Assembly: GCA_009914755.4 (NCBI GenBank)
Contig: CP068257.2
Span: 14,432,001-14,496,000 of the forward strand
Direction of reading: 5' to 3'
Origin: the human T2T-CHM13v2.0 reference genome, Homo sapiens
Length of the DNA: 64,000 bases
The position numbers and the translations under genes were made by a program. This document shows, one piece after another, positions 28,084-43,029 of the stretch. Each line of letters begins with the position of its first letter. Within the stretch, counting starts at the first letter, position 1. Below the pieces are notes generated by a model. The model was not told the origin of the DNA and did not search any database. It saw only the letters and a program-made list of their open reading frames with translations.

Positions 28084-28428
28084 CATTTTGTCTTGTTTTG
28101 TTTGCTTTTGTTGCCTAAGCTTTTGGTATAATATCCAAAACGTCATTGCCAAGGCCAACCCCAAGGAGCTTTTTCCTAATTTTCTTCTTGTAGTTTTATA
28201 ATTTCAGGTTTTACATTTAGGTCTGTTATTTATTTTGATTTGATTTTTTGTATATGGTATAATATAAGGGTCCAATTTTAGTGTTTTGCATGTGGATATC
28301 CAGTTTTTTCATCACTATTTATTGAAGAAACTATCCTTTTCCTATAGTGTCTTCTTGGTGACCTGTCAAAAATTAGTTAATCATATATGCCTGGGTTTAT
28401 TTTTGCACTCTCTATGCTGTTCCATTGA

Positions 28429-28786
<358 letters not shown>

Positions 28787-29027
28787 ATACTGTTTTACAT
28801 ACTATAGCTTTGTAATATAATTTAAAATTAGGCAGTTTAATGCCTCCAACTTTGTTTTTATTTCTCAAGTTTGCTTTGGCTATTCAGTGTCTTTTGCAGT
28901 TCTATATAATATTAGCATTTTTTTCCATTTCTGTGAAAAATATGGAAATTTTGATAGAGATCGTATTGAACCTATAGATAGCTTTAGGTAGTACAAATAT
29001 TTTGGCAATACTTACTTTTCCAATCTT

Positions 29028-29230
29028 GTCCAAAGTGAAAAGGAAGAAGCAAAATTATCCCTTTTAGCAGATGACATAGCCCTGTATATAGAAATCTTTG
29101 ATGAATCCACAAAAAACTGTTAGAACTAATAAATGAATTCAGTAAATTTTCAGAATTCAAAATCAACATAGGAAAATCAGGTGCATTTCTTTACACCAAC
29201 ATGAAACAAAAATATTGAAAATGTATTTTT
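29028..29230 (+). mobile_element. Inverted (sense-orientation) L1 ORF2 RT segment with the FADD catalytic motif, joined directly to the antisense L1 segment at 29027/29028
   Basis: ttgtccaaagtgaaaaggaagaagcaaaattatcccttttagcagatgacatagccctgtatatagaaatctttgatgaatccacaaaaaactgttagaactaataaatgaattcagtaaattttcagaattcaaaatcaacataggaaaatcaggtgcatttctttacaccaacatgaaacaaaaatattgaaaatg translates in sense as …LLADDIALYIE…STKNC.N..MNSVNFQNSKST.ENQVHFFTPT.NKNIEN. Compare L1 ORF2 …[13 protein letters not shown]…LINEFSKV…YKINIQKS.AFLYTNNE.SEKEI. Confidence 0.65.
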
Positions 29231-30869
29231 TCTTTCAAAACTTTTACTCACTTTCTCATCTTACAGCAATTGATTATTAACTGAAAATCCCAAGGCACCT
29301 AACCTCATAGCCTTATTTATTTTCTAATTATTTTATTATTGAAAAATTAATACATGAACAATCAGACATACAATGAAAATAAATCTCACTCTTTGCTATA
29401 GAACCTCCATCCCTCTCCTCCTAGCAAAATAAAATAAGATTTTATTATGCTAGACCAGAACTATCTAGTGGTCTTGGAAGTCACTAAACTGTAAAAGGAG
29501 GGGAAAACGACATAAAGATAAAGAAGATAATCTGCTAACTTTGTTGCTTTCCTAAACTGAGACTTTAATTAAAACAATTAGACCTTGGGAATTTAGCCTA
29601 TCAGTCTCTTATATATTGACCGAACAATGTCAGATATAGACATTGGTTTGCAGATTAAGTTCCTACAAACATATGATTAAGAACCCCTTTAAATATGCTC
29701 TTTTGTATGAAGCACTTTTCAGCATAGGTACACTATTTTTTTGTTTTAAATTTATAAAATAGAACCTCATTTTGTTTGTTTTCAAATAGAGCTCAAGCAA
29801 AGAGGTTGCCATGATTCTTACAGGATCAGAAATAGAGAAAGCAGAATCAGATTGAAGAGAGTGGTTGGCTGAGATACATTTATCAATTTGATTGAAGAGA
29901 CACTACAGTTGTATTGTTTAACATGATGGTTTTTGGAAGTACAATATCAGGATAAACCATAATAGGTATCTCATTCTAGAAACCATCTTTGCAAAATAGT
30001 TTTTCCAAAGTCTAGGGAATTAATTCATTATGGATTTGTGTTTTGATTAGTTAAAAATAGTATTGTATTTATCAGTTATAGGTACAAACTGGGAGATTCT
30101 TCGTTTGATTTACTGGTTTTAAAACAAAGATCTTTGGAAAGATTTATCTTTCTAAAACAACAGAAAAGAAAGGGAAGATGGGGGAATACGTGGTGTCTTA
30201 GCCTGTTTTGTGTTGCTATAACAGAATATCAAAGATTGGGTAACATATAAAGGAAAGACATCTATTTTTTACAATCTGGAGGGTGGGAGTCCAATAGCCG
30301 GGTGCTGGCATTGAGGAGGGCCTTTTTGCTGTGTCATCTCATGGCAGAAGGCCGAACAGCAAAAGAGCACAAGTGCTCATGAGAGAGAGGAAGGAGGCCA
30401 AACTCATCCTTTTATCAGGAACTCACTCCTGTGATAATGGACCCAATCCGATGATAAGGGCATTAATCTATTCATGAGGGCAAAACGCTCATGACCTAAT
30501 TACCAATTAAAAGTCTCACCTCCTAACACTGTTGCATTGGGGATTAAGTTTACAGCACATGAACTTTGGGGGACACATTCAACCCATAGTGTATAGTATT
30601 CAAGTAAAATCTGAATTCATTCTTATTCAGTTAGAAAGTCAAACCAAAACATTTCCACCAATTCATTAAATATTTTTTTGGCCATTTTTTCTGACTTTTC
30701 AATTTTATATCTTAACCAGAAAGGGATTGATCTAAACAAACCTTAAAACACAAAGTGAATTTTGACAAAGTTTATGAGTGTTTGCATATTTTCTACAAGG
30801 TTGTATTTCTTCTTCCATCCACTTTTAAATTAATTAAATACATCTCTTTCTTTCAATAATTTATTCAAC

Positions 30870-31450
30870 AAATATTTACTGAGATTTCACAATATTCTAG
30901 GCACTGTGAATACAAATAAGAAAAAGCTGTTTGCCGTCATGAAGCAAACAGGAGGAAGAACGATGATCACCATACATACCAGTAAAACATATAAGGAGAC
31001 AGATGCTGATAAGTACAATGGAGAAAAATGGAGCAAGAAAGAGAGAAAAGGGATTGGAATGACGGGCTATTTCAAACAGGTTGGTTTGGAAAGACTTGAG
31101 TGGAGACTTAACAGAGGTGAGAGAGTGATGCAGTGCTGAGGAGGAAGGCTTTGCATGAAAGAGAATAGCAAGGGCAGGCCCTGACACCAAAGAGGGCTTG
31201 GCAAGTTTAAGTAACAGCAAGATGGCCAACGTGGTTGTAAGGAAGAGCTGCCAAGGTGGACTCAAAGAAATAGCCAGGGTCAAACTGCGGAGGGTCCTGT
31301 AGGCCACTGTCAGCACATTGACTTTTATTCTGAGGATCTGAAGAAGTGACATTATCTCACATATTTTAGAAGAGTCAACCTGGCTGTTGCATTGAGTGTA
31401 GAGCACAGAAGCAGACATGAGGGTAAAACTAGAGAGACACACACACAATT
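30870..31450 (+). other. Unclassified old interspersed repeat (low confidence); contains the 226-aa minus-strand ORF, which I judge spurious
   Basis: tatttactgagatttcacaatattctaggcactgtgaatacaaataagaaaaagctgtttgcc…cctgacaccaaagagggcttggcaag…caaactgcggagggtcctgtaggccactgtcagcacattgacttttattctgaggatctgaagaagtgacattatctcacatattttagaagagtcaacctggctgttgcattgagtgtagagcacagaagcagacatgagg. It resembles a recurrent mammalian repeat pattern (ttactgagcacctactatgtgccaggcactgtgct…gcccttgtaggccat…tttattctgag…) but I cannot name the family. Confidence 0.3.
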
Positions 31451-32618
31451 GATCATCAATATTTGCAGGTTTCATATTTGTGAATTTCCCTACTTGGTAA
31501 TAACCCCCAAATCTATACTTCATACATGCATTACAACACATGCATGTACAATGTGTTGAAAAATTTGAGATGCACAATGCACATGTTCGAACAAGGTGAT
31601 TCTCTGCCCTGCTTTCTGGTTTTAGCTCTCATGCAGTAAACAAGTGTCCTTATTGCAGTCTATCTGGGGCCACATTTATTTTTGCATTTTCATGGGATTT
31701 TGTTGTTTAAAATTGCCCTGATGCAAAGTGCTGAAGTGCTGTCTAGTGTTGCTAAGTGCAAGAAGCTGTGATGTGCCTTACAGAGAAAGTATGTGTGTTA
31801 GGTCAATTTCATTCAGACATAAGTGATAGAACTGTTGATTATGAATTTAAAGTTAATGAATCAACAATGCAGTATGCCCCAAAAATAGAGGAAATTCACT
31901 AATATGCACATCAGGCCACAAAAATGATAAATTAACACTTATGTATTGAAGCTATGGAAAAAAACTAAATTTGTGAATTCATAAGATGATGACCAATAGA
32001 AAAAGCATACGGAACAACATTGTTGCGTGGCTAAATGAAGGCCATAGAAAATTTATCATCACATTACACAGGGTCAGGAGAATGTTAAATTCTTCTGGGC
32101 TAGTGCTGGCTAACTCACAGATTTCAGAAAATGTTAAACTTGCATGAGATTCAGGTTCTGCAGATAAGGAGGCTCAAGAATTGAAAAATACCTGCTGTGT
32201 CTTACGCAGTAAAAGGGTCATGTGAAAGAATAGGTTCACAATGCTGATAAGACTGCTTGTTTTATGATGACATCAGCAAACAAACCTATGTAATGCAAAT
32301 GCCCTCTAAAGCCCAGGCTTTAAATCATTCAAAGGCCATGCAATGAATTATTTGTGAGAAATATGTATTAAATAAAGTGTCTTTAAACAGAAGCACACAT
32401 AAAACAAGGTTATGAATTGATTGTTTGACAAAAACATGACCAGCTACTGAAACCTAACCCTGTATTTTCCATAGAAGCAATGGTTCTATATTTGTTCATT
32501 CAGCATCTGCAATAACTTTTTAGTACATGACTACTACAACTAATGAGAATCAACTGTATATAAACATATATATTTTTGTATATGTGTGTTTTGGACTCAA
32601 TTGTTTTGCCAGCCCCCA

Positions 32619-32985
32619 ACCAAATTCCTGTGTTGAAACCCTAATCCCCAGTAGGTCAGAATGAGACTGTATTTAGAGATATGAATTTAAAGACACAATT
32701 AAGTTAAAATGAGGCCCTTAGGATTGGCCCTAATCCAGTCTGACTGGTGTCCTTGTAAGAAGAGATTCTGACACACAAAAGAGACATCAGAGGGGCACAC
32801 ACATACAGAAATGACCATGTGAGGGTTGACCATCTGCAAGCCAGAGAGAGAGGCCTGAGAAGAACCCAACTCTGCCAGCACCTTGATCTTGAACTTCCAG
32901 CTTCAATGACTGTGAGAAAATAGATTGATTTTATTCACCTCGTCTGTGGTATTTTATTATGGCAGCCCTAGCAAACTAAGTCAAC
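32619..32985 (+). mobile_element. Old LTR-like interspersed repeat (MER/ERVL-MaLR class, family not determined)
   Basis: ccaaattcctgtgttgaaaccctaatccccagtaggtcagaatgagactgtatttagagatatgaatttaaagacacaattaagttaaaatgaggcccttaggattggccctaatccagtctgactggtgtccttgtaagaagagattctgacacacaaaagagacatcagaggggcacacacatacagaaatgaccatgtgagggttgaccatctgcaagccagagagagaggcctgagaagaacccaactctgccagcaccttgatcttgaacttccagcttcaatgactgtgagaaaatagattgattttattcacctcgtctgtggtattttattatggcagccctagcaaactaag. This matches the well-known consensus pattern ccaaattcatatgttgaagccctaaccc…ccttataagaagag…atctacaagccaaggagagaggcctcagaagaaaccaac…ccagtctgtggtattttgttatggcagccctagcaaacta. Confidence 0.5.
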
Positions 32986-35900
32986 ATCAGGCACATCATG
33001 TTGGTGTCATTGAACAGCCATATGTTTTATGGTGGTGGTGTGAAATTTATGAGACACGATTAAATTTGTGTATATTTTGAAAAAGGAGCTAAGGGGATTT
33101 TCTGAAGAATTGGATATAGCTTATTAGATAAAAATGGAAGTTTGCATTCAGGAGAAAATGTATTCCTATTTTGTTCTTTCTTACTATTCACATGTTGCAC
33201 CATTTTTTTCCCAAAGAAAAACAACTAAGAAAGGAAAAAATCTTATGATGTGAGGATAAAAAGACTGACCACCCTAGTCCTATCACTGAAACATTTCCAG
33301 TGGAATCAGTAAAGGCATGATGTGTTTTAGGAAATACGATAGGGTTGTTTGTGACAATGTAAATGTAGTTGTTCAGGGTTCAATTTTAAAAAATTTAATT
33401 TTAAAACACTTAGTTTTGAAGAGTTAGAAATATTTGCAAGGAAAAATGGTTTCTTATTTTTTATTAATATTATTTTTCATGGTTCTCTAATAAGAAGAAA
33501 TCAAACTTAACTGCATAAACTATAATTAAATTCAAGAGTAAATGAGTAATGAATAAGTTTTAAGATCTAATGATATATTTACTCTACCCATGACACAATT
33601 ATCTGAAAGCAAATTGATTATTGGATATAAGGACTGTTTTAGGGAACAAAAGCGTTGAAAATAAATATGCAAACACTTTCTTTGTGTTGTGGATTAAACC
33701 TTACTGTTTTTAAAGTATTATAAAAGTTCAATAATAATTACATACTTAGAAAAATGTACTTTGAAAAGTAATTTCTGTGCATTTTATTTCTACCATTAGT
33801 GTTCAATTTCATTATTTGGATTAACATTTTAATGTAATAAAGATATATTTTTGCGAGATAGTATCTTGGGACAACTTTTAAGAGAAAGACATTTTCATAC
33901 ATTCAGTTTATACTTTTTTGTATTGAAATGCAATCTACATGTTTCACTTTAATAAGGAACCAAATAGAGTCTTAACTTTGCTTTTGTTTCCTTATCTCCA
34001 ATTTTCATTGTGGTTCTTATTTATATTAAGGGGATTATGTGGCTACTGTAAAATATTCTTTTCATAATAATTGTCCACATTCTAAGGCTGTATTCTTCTC
34101 TTCATGTTCATATATTTTGTATTTGTTTCATAGTATTCCATTTCTTTTATAGTGAGGAAAAAATCTGTTTGAAGTATCTAAGTCTCTAACCCTATGATTA
34201 CCTTGGCTAATTAACATTTTTAGCTGCAGAATAGTTGTTTTCTAACAAATTCTTCTTCCTTAATTCTTTTCATAAGTTACCAAGTATCTCTTACAGCTCC
34301 CAACAAGCCCTACATCTTGAAAATATTTAAATATTTTCAAGATCTTAAAATATTTAATTGATATTCAATGATATCAATTAGAATTTCTGATCAATGTTAT
34401 TTTGAGAAATAAGAGCTGCTTGATTTCATGTAGCTAAATGTTACTTTTATAATTTTTATTTTTTGTTTTTAATCTTTTATCTGAATTCAGACATCTACTT
34501 TTCACTCTTACAGCTAGCTTTATTTACTCCTTGTTTTTGCTCTTTTTCTGCCACAGATTAAGTTTTATTTCTGTTCTAGAAGGAGCTTGTTCTTGAAAGG
34601 CTTACTGTCTATTGAGTTATTATTCACTTCTGATATTTACATGTTTAATTAGCAACACTTTATAAATTACCTTCATAAATATTATTTTATTTGAACCTGA
34701 TTGATTTCATCCTGTGAAATGAATGGGAGATTATTATCTTCAATATGTAGATAAGGTGACTGAGGTTCAAAGAGATTCTATGACTTACTTTGGGCACACA
34801 GCTGATGGAAGTGGCACGGGTAGACTTAGGAATCACCCAGTGCTTCTCCCTTACAAGTCTTGGGCTCTTTCCACTACCATCCTATTACCTTTGCAGGCAA
34901 TTGAAGCTTAGGTATTCTGCAATAAGCAATACTTGCAAGATTATCAATCTTTAGTATAACCATGAATATAATTCTTAATAAATAATGCTATGTAAATTAA
35001 TGTAGGCATATGTGAAAGTGTTTTGTGAATTATGTCTATGCATACACAGCATATTAATATTTCGTCTGGCAAAATAGCACTAATGTAATTAGATATAATT
35101 AAGAAATACCTGATGCCTTCAAAATTATTTCGAGCCAGCATTTCTTTATTTTCTTATAAAATATAATTTTGGTTTATATCAATAAATCACACATACCTTA
35201 AAAAGATGTATTTCTACAAAGCTTATATATTAAGTAGAATATAGGCTTACATTATTTTAACAAAGAATAAAGGGATGATGGATTAAACAAATCTCATGTC
35301 TCTCTCATGTAAAAGTGCAAGATGAGAACCTGTTGTGGTTGCATGGGACCGGGGAGGGAAGGGATAGATAGGGAAGCTCTGCCCCTTGAGGTCATCCAAG
35401 ATCCCAAATTTCTTCTACATTGTTGCTTCACCAAGCGTTTCCCTTGTCCGCCTAGTCAAAACTCGTCACTACAACCACAGTCCAACACAAGGGAAGGGAG
35501 GAAGAAGTCAAAGTTACCCGCAGTGGCACAAACCTCTTCTGCTCCACATCCAGGAGGCTGTTTCTTATTTGCATAGCTTTTCCTAGCTGCCATGCATTCA
35601 ATTAAATATTTAGGGATTCTGTTACTAAAAGAGTAGGATGAGAGAATGGGTATTGGTTGATGAATACCGTTATTTCCTAGCCTGATCACTCAGATACAAA
35701 TGAGTCATTTATTTATTTTTTGATACATTTAAAACATACTTTTGGACATACAGTAATCCAAAGTATTTTTATATTACTTGACATAGCTCAAGGAATGTAT
35801 AATTCTCTCTTTTGGGCCAGTTAAATCTAATTGTTATCTGGCAACGTATACACTAAAAGGTGAGTTATTAATCACTCCTCCCCTGACTTACACACAATCA

Positions 35901-37382
35901 CTTGTATAGTGGGACAGGATACCACAAAGATACTTCTTTTCAGAAAAGCCAAGAATATTATACAAACTAAAGTCATTGGTTCATTAGAGTTATCAAATCC
36001 TGCTGAGCAGTCAGTGCTAGCTCTTCCTAAACTAACCATCATTATTCTGCCTTTGGGGAGTAACTATTTTGTTCTAGTTTTCTCCGTGGCTCCTGGATTT
36101 TCCATTTGGGAAGTTTTTGTTTGTTTGTTTGTTTTTTTCTATTATTCTCTATGGATTCCTGTTAGGTGAGTGTTAGAGTTGTCTTTTCCTTCTTCGGAAA
36201 AGACAAATTTCACAGTCCATTTCCTGCTAGTACAGATTTGGAGACCTAGAGATTGCTTTGAAAGTTTAAAAGACACAGGCTTTTTGAAAATTTCCCTTGT
36301 GGTTTCTTTGAAAAGACAATTTCCATCAAAATGTAATCGTTTCAGTCAGTTCCATGTGCAGGTAAGCACAAGCAGAGATTTTATTTAACCATAGATATTA
36401 ATTCTGAAATCTCGTGTTTATTTACTAGTCCTGTCCAGCTACCAACCCACAGCTGACATTACAGCTACCAGGAAAAGAATGACAAATTACAAAAATAACA
36501 TTTGTAAAGGTATAATACAACAGTAAGGACTCAATATCAGAGAGGGCAGAACCATTCTGAAGTGATCTGAAGATCACCAGCTGCTTAAAACTTCCTAGAG
36601 GCATTGGCCAATTCTGAATCAGGGCAGAGAACAAGCTCAATGCAAGCCGAGGCTATGATTAAGGAAAAAAAAATCAACAAAGCTGTTAGTTGTCATGGAA
36701 AGCTGACTGACAAGTTATAAACTTGAGAGGATTCTAACACATGGCTGAGTTCTGGGACTACTCAAGAGGTCAAGGAGCCAGATCAAAAGGGAAAACAAAA
36801 TTTTCTACAGATCTGTGAATATTAAGGAAAAAAAAATATCACCAAAGAGCGAGAGTGGCTTACTCAAGCACACAGCTAATCTCCCTCTGAATAGAAGTGC
36901 CAGGATTGAAGGTCAAGTGGCTAAGAGCTGACCTTGGAACCTGTGACAGTAGAGCTTGATCTTAAAATCTTTCAGGGTTGAAGAGAAGAGTACTTGGTAA
37001 AAACCATTTGTCAAAAGCCCAGGACACCATGACTGAGGAGTAGGAATTAATCAGATGTAAACAGAGGCTTAGCAAAACTATTACCAAATCCCAAAACTGT
37101 TCAGTCTCTAATTAGTTGTGATCATCAGTTCCTTCTTACATTTGTCTAACAAAGGAAATGGGCAACCCTCTCTAATGGAAGATAACATCATATGGAACCT
37201 CTGTGGTTCTTTCATGACAATTTCCAACATATAATAACCATTACTAGATATGTACAAAGGTAGGAAAATATGACTGACAATAAAGAGAAAGAAAAATGAT
37301 CCAAGCAGACCCATGGATGATCTAGATATTGGAGGTAACAAACAAGAACTTGAAATTAATTAAGAATGTATAATTATTTTAA

Positions 37383-38049
<667 letters not shown>

Positions 38050-38050
38050 G

Positions 38051-38285
38051 AGGCCAAGGCAGGAGGATGGCTTCAGCCCAGGAATTTGAGACCAGCCTGG
38101 GCAACACATGGAGACCCAATTTCTACAAAAATGTTTTTAAAAAATTAGCCAGGCATGGTGGCGCATGCCTGTAGTCCCAGCTACTCAGGAGGCTGAGGAG
38201 GGAGGGTCACTTAAGCCTTGGAGTTCCAGACAAGCCTGGGCAACAGAGCAATACCCCATCTCAAAATAAATAAATACATACATAA
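38051..38285 (+). mobile_element. Alu SINE (older, AluJ-like), 5'-truncated
   Basis: aggccaaggcaggaggatggcttcagcccaggaatttgagaccagcctgggcaacacatggagacccaatttctacaaaaatgtttttaaaaaattagccaggcatggtggcgcatgcctgtagtcccagctactcaggaggctgaggagggagggtcacttaagccttggagttccagacaagcctgggcaacagagcaataccccatctcaaaataaataaatacatac. Confidence 0.9.
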
Positions 38286-38341
38286 AATGTTAATAAAAAT
38301 TGAGGAAAAGTTGGAAAATAAATGAAGGATGTAGACTTTTA

Positions 38342-38650
<309 letters not shown>

Positions 38651-41600
38651 TTAATAGCAAACGGAGAAAATCATAAAATAGAAGATATTTCAATAGAAAA
38701 CATCAAAACAAAAGCATCTAGAGAGAAAAAGCTAAAAATGAAATAAAAATGACAAAAGAGATGTGTGTAACACACTCAAAAGATCAACTTAATGAAAGCT
38801 ACACTCTGAAACCATCTGAAACAGAGAACAGTCTTTTTAACTGATCTTTCCTCATGAGAACAAATTGCAATGTGACTGAGAGAGGCTTGGGAGTCCCATC
38901 TCATCTTTTGCTGTTTGAGATACAGGAGCTGGCTAGTTTTCTAAACTAAGTGAGGCCCCAAGTGAAGTTGTCTTCAGCCAATATAAATTGAAGGTAATGG
39001 GATGAAAGACATACATTTTAGCAAAGTTGTATTCTCTTTTGTCTCTCCTTTCAAATGAAGTAAGTCTTGCGAAATTTATTTCTTTGCGACCTCTTTTAAA
39101 GTAGCAACAAGCAGCCAAGAAGCACCACCATTTTGACTTTTTCCAATGTCCTTGACTAGAGCTGTGCTGTCTAATACGGTAAGCAGTAACTATCTGTGGT
39201 TACTTAGATGTAAATTATGAAAATTAAATGAAGTTTGATATTCAGTACCTCAGTTGCAGTAGTCACAGTTCAACTGCTCAATAGTATCAAACAGCACAGA
39301 TGTAAAAAAATTTCCACCATTTCCTATATTGATATAAGGTTCTATTAGATAGCAGTAACCTAAAGTTATACACTCAATAATCATACAATTTTCCTTTTAA
39401 CTTTTACTGGATGCTTACCATGGCATAGTTACCAGTTTTTTCCAGCTTTTCAGCTGGAAATACTAAGTTAAGAGCTTTACTTTAGAATAACTGGCCAGGG
39501 GTGCATTGGTTTTGCTGGAATTTAACTATCAGAAACTACATATCATTCCTTGAAGGTCCATGTTGGAAGAGATGATTCTTTCATTTTTTTTCCTGGTATA
39601 ATAAGGATGGCTGCCACTTTTCTCAGAGCCTAGTAACAAGTGAGTTTGGTGGTGTGGAGGTCCACCAATCAGCATAAGGTGGTATTTAATTTCTCTATTT
39701 TCAGATGCCACCCAAGCCTTCCCTTCTGTACACTGTTTCTGAGTTTAGTGTCCTTTTAGTTCAGCCCTGCCATAGAGCAGTCCTCCATTTTTGAAAAAGA
39801 AGAGACTAGTGAGAGCTGATCACCAAAAAATCTAGTTGCTTTTCGCGCAGATTTTCAACTAGTTTCCCTATTTTCTATTTCACTTATTCTCTGTTTTCAG
39901 GGTTCACCCTGTCTCATTTTTGAGCCTTTTTTTGGCATGTAGTGTATGATGATTTCCTTTGGCTTTCTTTATGCTTTTGGATATTTAGATTTGAGGTTTC
40001 TTCTATATGTTGCCTTTCACCACTTGGCCACCTTCTTTTCAGCTTCATTATTTTATTAAAATTTCCTATTCGTTGCCTTCTTCTCTGGTATTTTCTTGTC
40101 CTCAAGGGGACCCTCAGTCTTTTTTTTTTAACCCTTTCACAGACATTTTAGAATTTTTAAAGGGAAAGGAGGTAAAAAAAAAATGTTTACTACTCCAGGT
40201 TGAACCAGGAATACTGCATTGTTTTATAACTGAGCTGTGAATAATAGGCATGTGAAAAATTTGTGTTGGTAGGAACTGATATGTACTATATAGTCAATAT
40301 ATTCTGGGAACTCACATTCTTTGAAATATAAATAATTCTATGCCATACTTGGTATTTTTCACATGAAAAAAACTGAAATTCCAATAGATTAAATCATATC
40401 CTGGAGGTGCAAGAGCTTAATAAGTAACAATCTGTTTATACTTGATTTTGTCATGCTTCCTTATATCATAATACAGTGTTTAAAGGCTCAAGAATTTGTG
40501 CCTGGGTTTGAATTCCAGTTGTACAACGCAATAGCTGCACTTAATTTCACATTCTACTTAATTTGTCTGTGTCTAACTTTTGTTTGTCTCTGTGTGTAGA
40601 ATATTGATAATATAACAGCAGTATCTACCTCATAGGATTATTGGAAGGATTAAATACATTAATATATGTAAAAGATTTTGAATAGTGCTTGACATACAGT
40701 AAGTTCTATAGATGTGTTAGTAATTTCTAATTGTATTACTTTGTGCTCCATCTATCCCAAGGAAGAAAAGATATTGCTTCTGCTTATAGATGGTCTTTTA
40801 AAGCTAGGAAATACGACATTAAAGGTGTGACGTCTACTTGCACTTTAAAAACTCTCGCCTTTCTAGAACTTTCTGTTACTAAAGCTTGAAAATGAAAGAA
40901 CTGTTACTGAGTGAGCTAATGAAAGAAAAACATGCTGATTTCTTCTACTTTTAAAGGGGAAATGGATGATGTAAGTTCTGAAGATAGATCTCTACGATTT
41001 TTTTTACATCCTCTAGATTACTTTTAGTGGTTTTTCCATACTATTTTCATTCTACTCATTCTAATTTCAAAAGTCCTTCTAATTTGTATATTTGAATTAG
41101 TATCCCTAGAAAACATTTTCTCCATAACCAAATTGATGTAGAACCATAGTTTTCAAAATGTTATTGCATGGGTCATAAAAAGTAGTTGTGGGGACTTTAA
41201 AACTATCTTGAAACAATCTTCTTGTTTCATATAAAAGCCAATCTTCTTGGCTTTTATATTTCAGATTAAATCCAAACCACTCATAGCTTGAGTACCATCA
41301 GCTGTTGGCAAAACTTAGCTTCTTGGTTCTATGTAAAAGTGAATCATTTTGTAAACACTCTGACAACCAAGATATAAATCCTTTGGTTTACACAGGTGAC
41401 CTCATGAATATTCTTTTCCACCCTTTGTGTGTGTTAGAGGGAGAAAATACCGCAGGCATTGAATATTGAAATTTTTTCTAATCATTGTAACTGGAAGGAG
41501 ACGCTGACAGATCCATTCTCTGGACATGTGTTTTAAAGTTAAGGAGGAAAAGACATGAAAAAATACCGTATAGGCTTTGCTGAAACCAAAGCATTTGGAG

Positions 41601-43029
41601 CACAGTTTAATACGTTTGCCAAATTTTAAATACAGCTGGGTTCTCCCACAGTTTCTTTAATTGGAAGCAGATTTCTGTGCTAATTCTGTAACGTGAAGAG
41701 AGCTCTAACAGTATTTCTTTCCTAAAAGTAGGGCATATATTTGCAGTGACCACTTCTAACATCAACAACTCCTTAAAAATATCCGACTTAGCAATTTTCA
41801 ATGCGACTTAGAAATTTTCAAGAGTTTTCAGTAGATTTATTACCTCATGTGGTTTTATATACTTAATAGTTAAGTGTATAAATAATTAAAATTATTTAAT
41901 AACTGATAATTAAGTTCACTGGGTATTTTGTTTTTAGAAAAAAGTGGATCGTATCTAAAGAATTAAAAATATGGAAATGTTCATATTGTAAAGTAAAAGT
42001 CCACATTCTGCTTGAATGTGAAAGACAAAACGTTTGTTTCTTTCATAAGTTTAAAAAATTTACCAAGTTCTTAACATTTTAATATGATAAAATTTAGTGG
42101 AAAAGGCTAAATTGAAACAAAAATGTATTTATATTATATACTACATATATTCCATTCAAAACTACAATACTAGTTTCTGAGTCACCAAATGTGGAAATTA
42201 ATGTCAATATGATGAAAATACAATTTTGGAAAATTTATCTGTTTTTAATACCTATATATTCACTTTAACACTCAATATATTACATTTTTAATAAGCACTA
42301 ATGATATTAATAGTAATTTGAAAGAAACATATTACAAAGTTTTATAAAGAAAGCATTAAAATAGGTTTTTGGAAGATTAACCTTGAGGCATTATTTCAGT
42401 CTGCTTTCCAATTACATATTGGAAAGAGGGGTACAGCATCTACTTTTTAATGCTGCTCTTACTTTGGTAAGAATCTAGGTAGTGGGTAAAAAATAAAATC
42501 ATTTGAAATAGTTTTTTATTTATTGAACATTTTTTAGGCTGTACCTATAAAATATCTTTATAGCAATAAATACTTTTATAGCAATAATCTACACCAGATG
42601 TGTTCATCATGACTTTTTAAACTTTCTACCCTTTCAAAATTACATATCTGGTTTTTGTTGACAGTACTATTATAACTTAGAGAATTTACCTGATTTTAAT
42701 AGCACAGCAAAAGAGCTGTTTTAGGAGAATGAGCATAATTGAAATATAGGCATTTGCTAAGGAGAGTCTATAAAGACCATTTTCATTAAGACACAAAAAG
42801 ATTCCCCAAATATTAGTGTAAGCTCTAAAAATTGTGCCAGCAGTGTACCCTGAGAAGGCAGTTATTTCCTTATTATTATGCAGGCACCTAAATAAAAGGT
42901 CGATGTATGTATCAGTTTTTTCCACAAGATCTTTATTGCTTTCTCTTGGTCTTTGTACTGTTCCCTTTGCTAATACTGCGGTATCTTAATATTAATCTAT
43001 TTTATTGTAAGCTTTGATATCAGTTGAGC

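Noticed and set aside
30897-31577. Longest ORF outside L1 (226 aa, minus strand)
   Set aside because: The translation is low-complexity (runs of L, S, C), has no recognisable domain and no sensible start context. It lies entirely inside a sequence with the hallmarks of an old interspersed repeat, and the opposite strand carries an overlapping 77-aa ORF. It is most likely a chance ORF.
39900-40240. Overlapping short ORFs on both strands with a pyrimidine-rich plus strand, considered as a possible exon or transposon remnant
   Set aside because: There is no splice-site or codon-usage signal I can verify by eye and no homology I recognise. The sequence is low-complexity and T-rich.
41779-41830. 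Two tandem ~20-bp units (gacttagcaattttcaatgc / gacttagaaattttcaag)
   Set aside because: Only two imperfect copies are present. The motif resembles internal motifs of some hAT/Tigger-type DNA transposons, but I cannot support a family call, and it is too short to report as a minisatellite.
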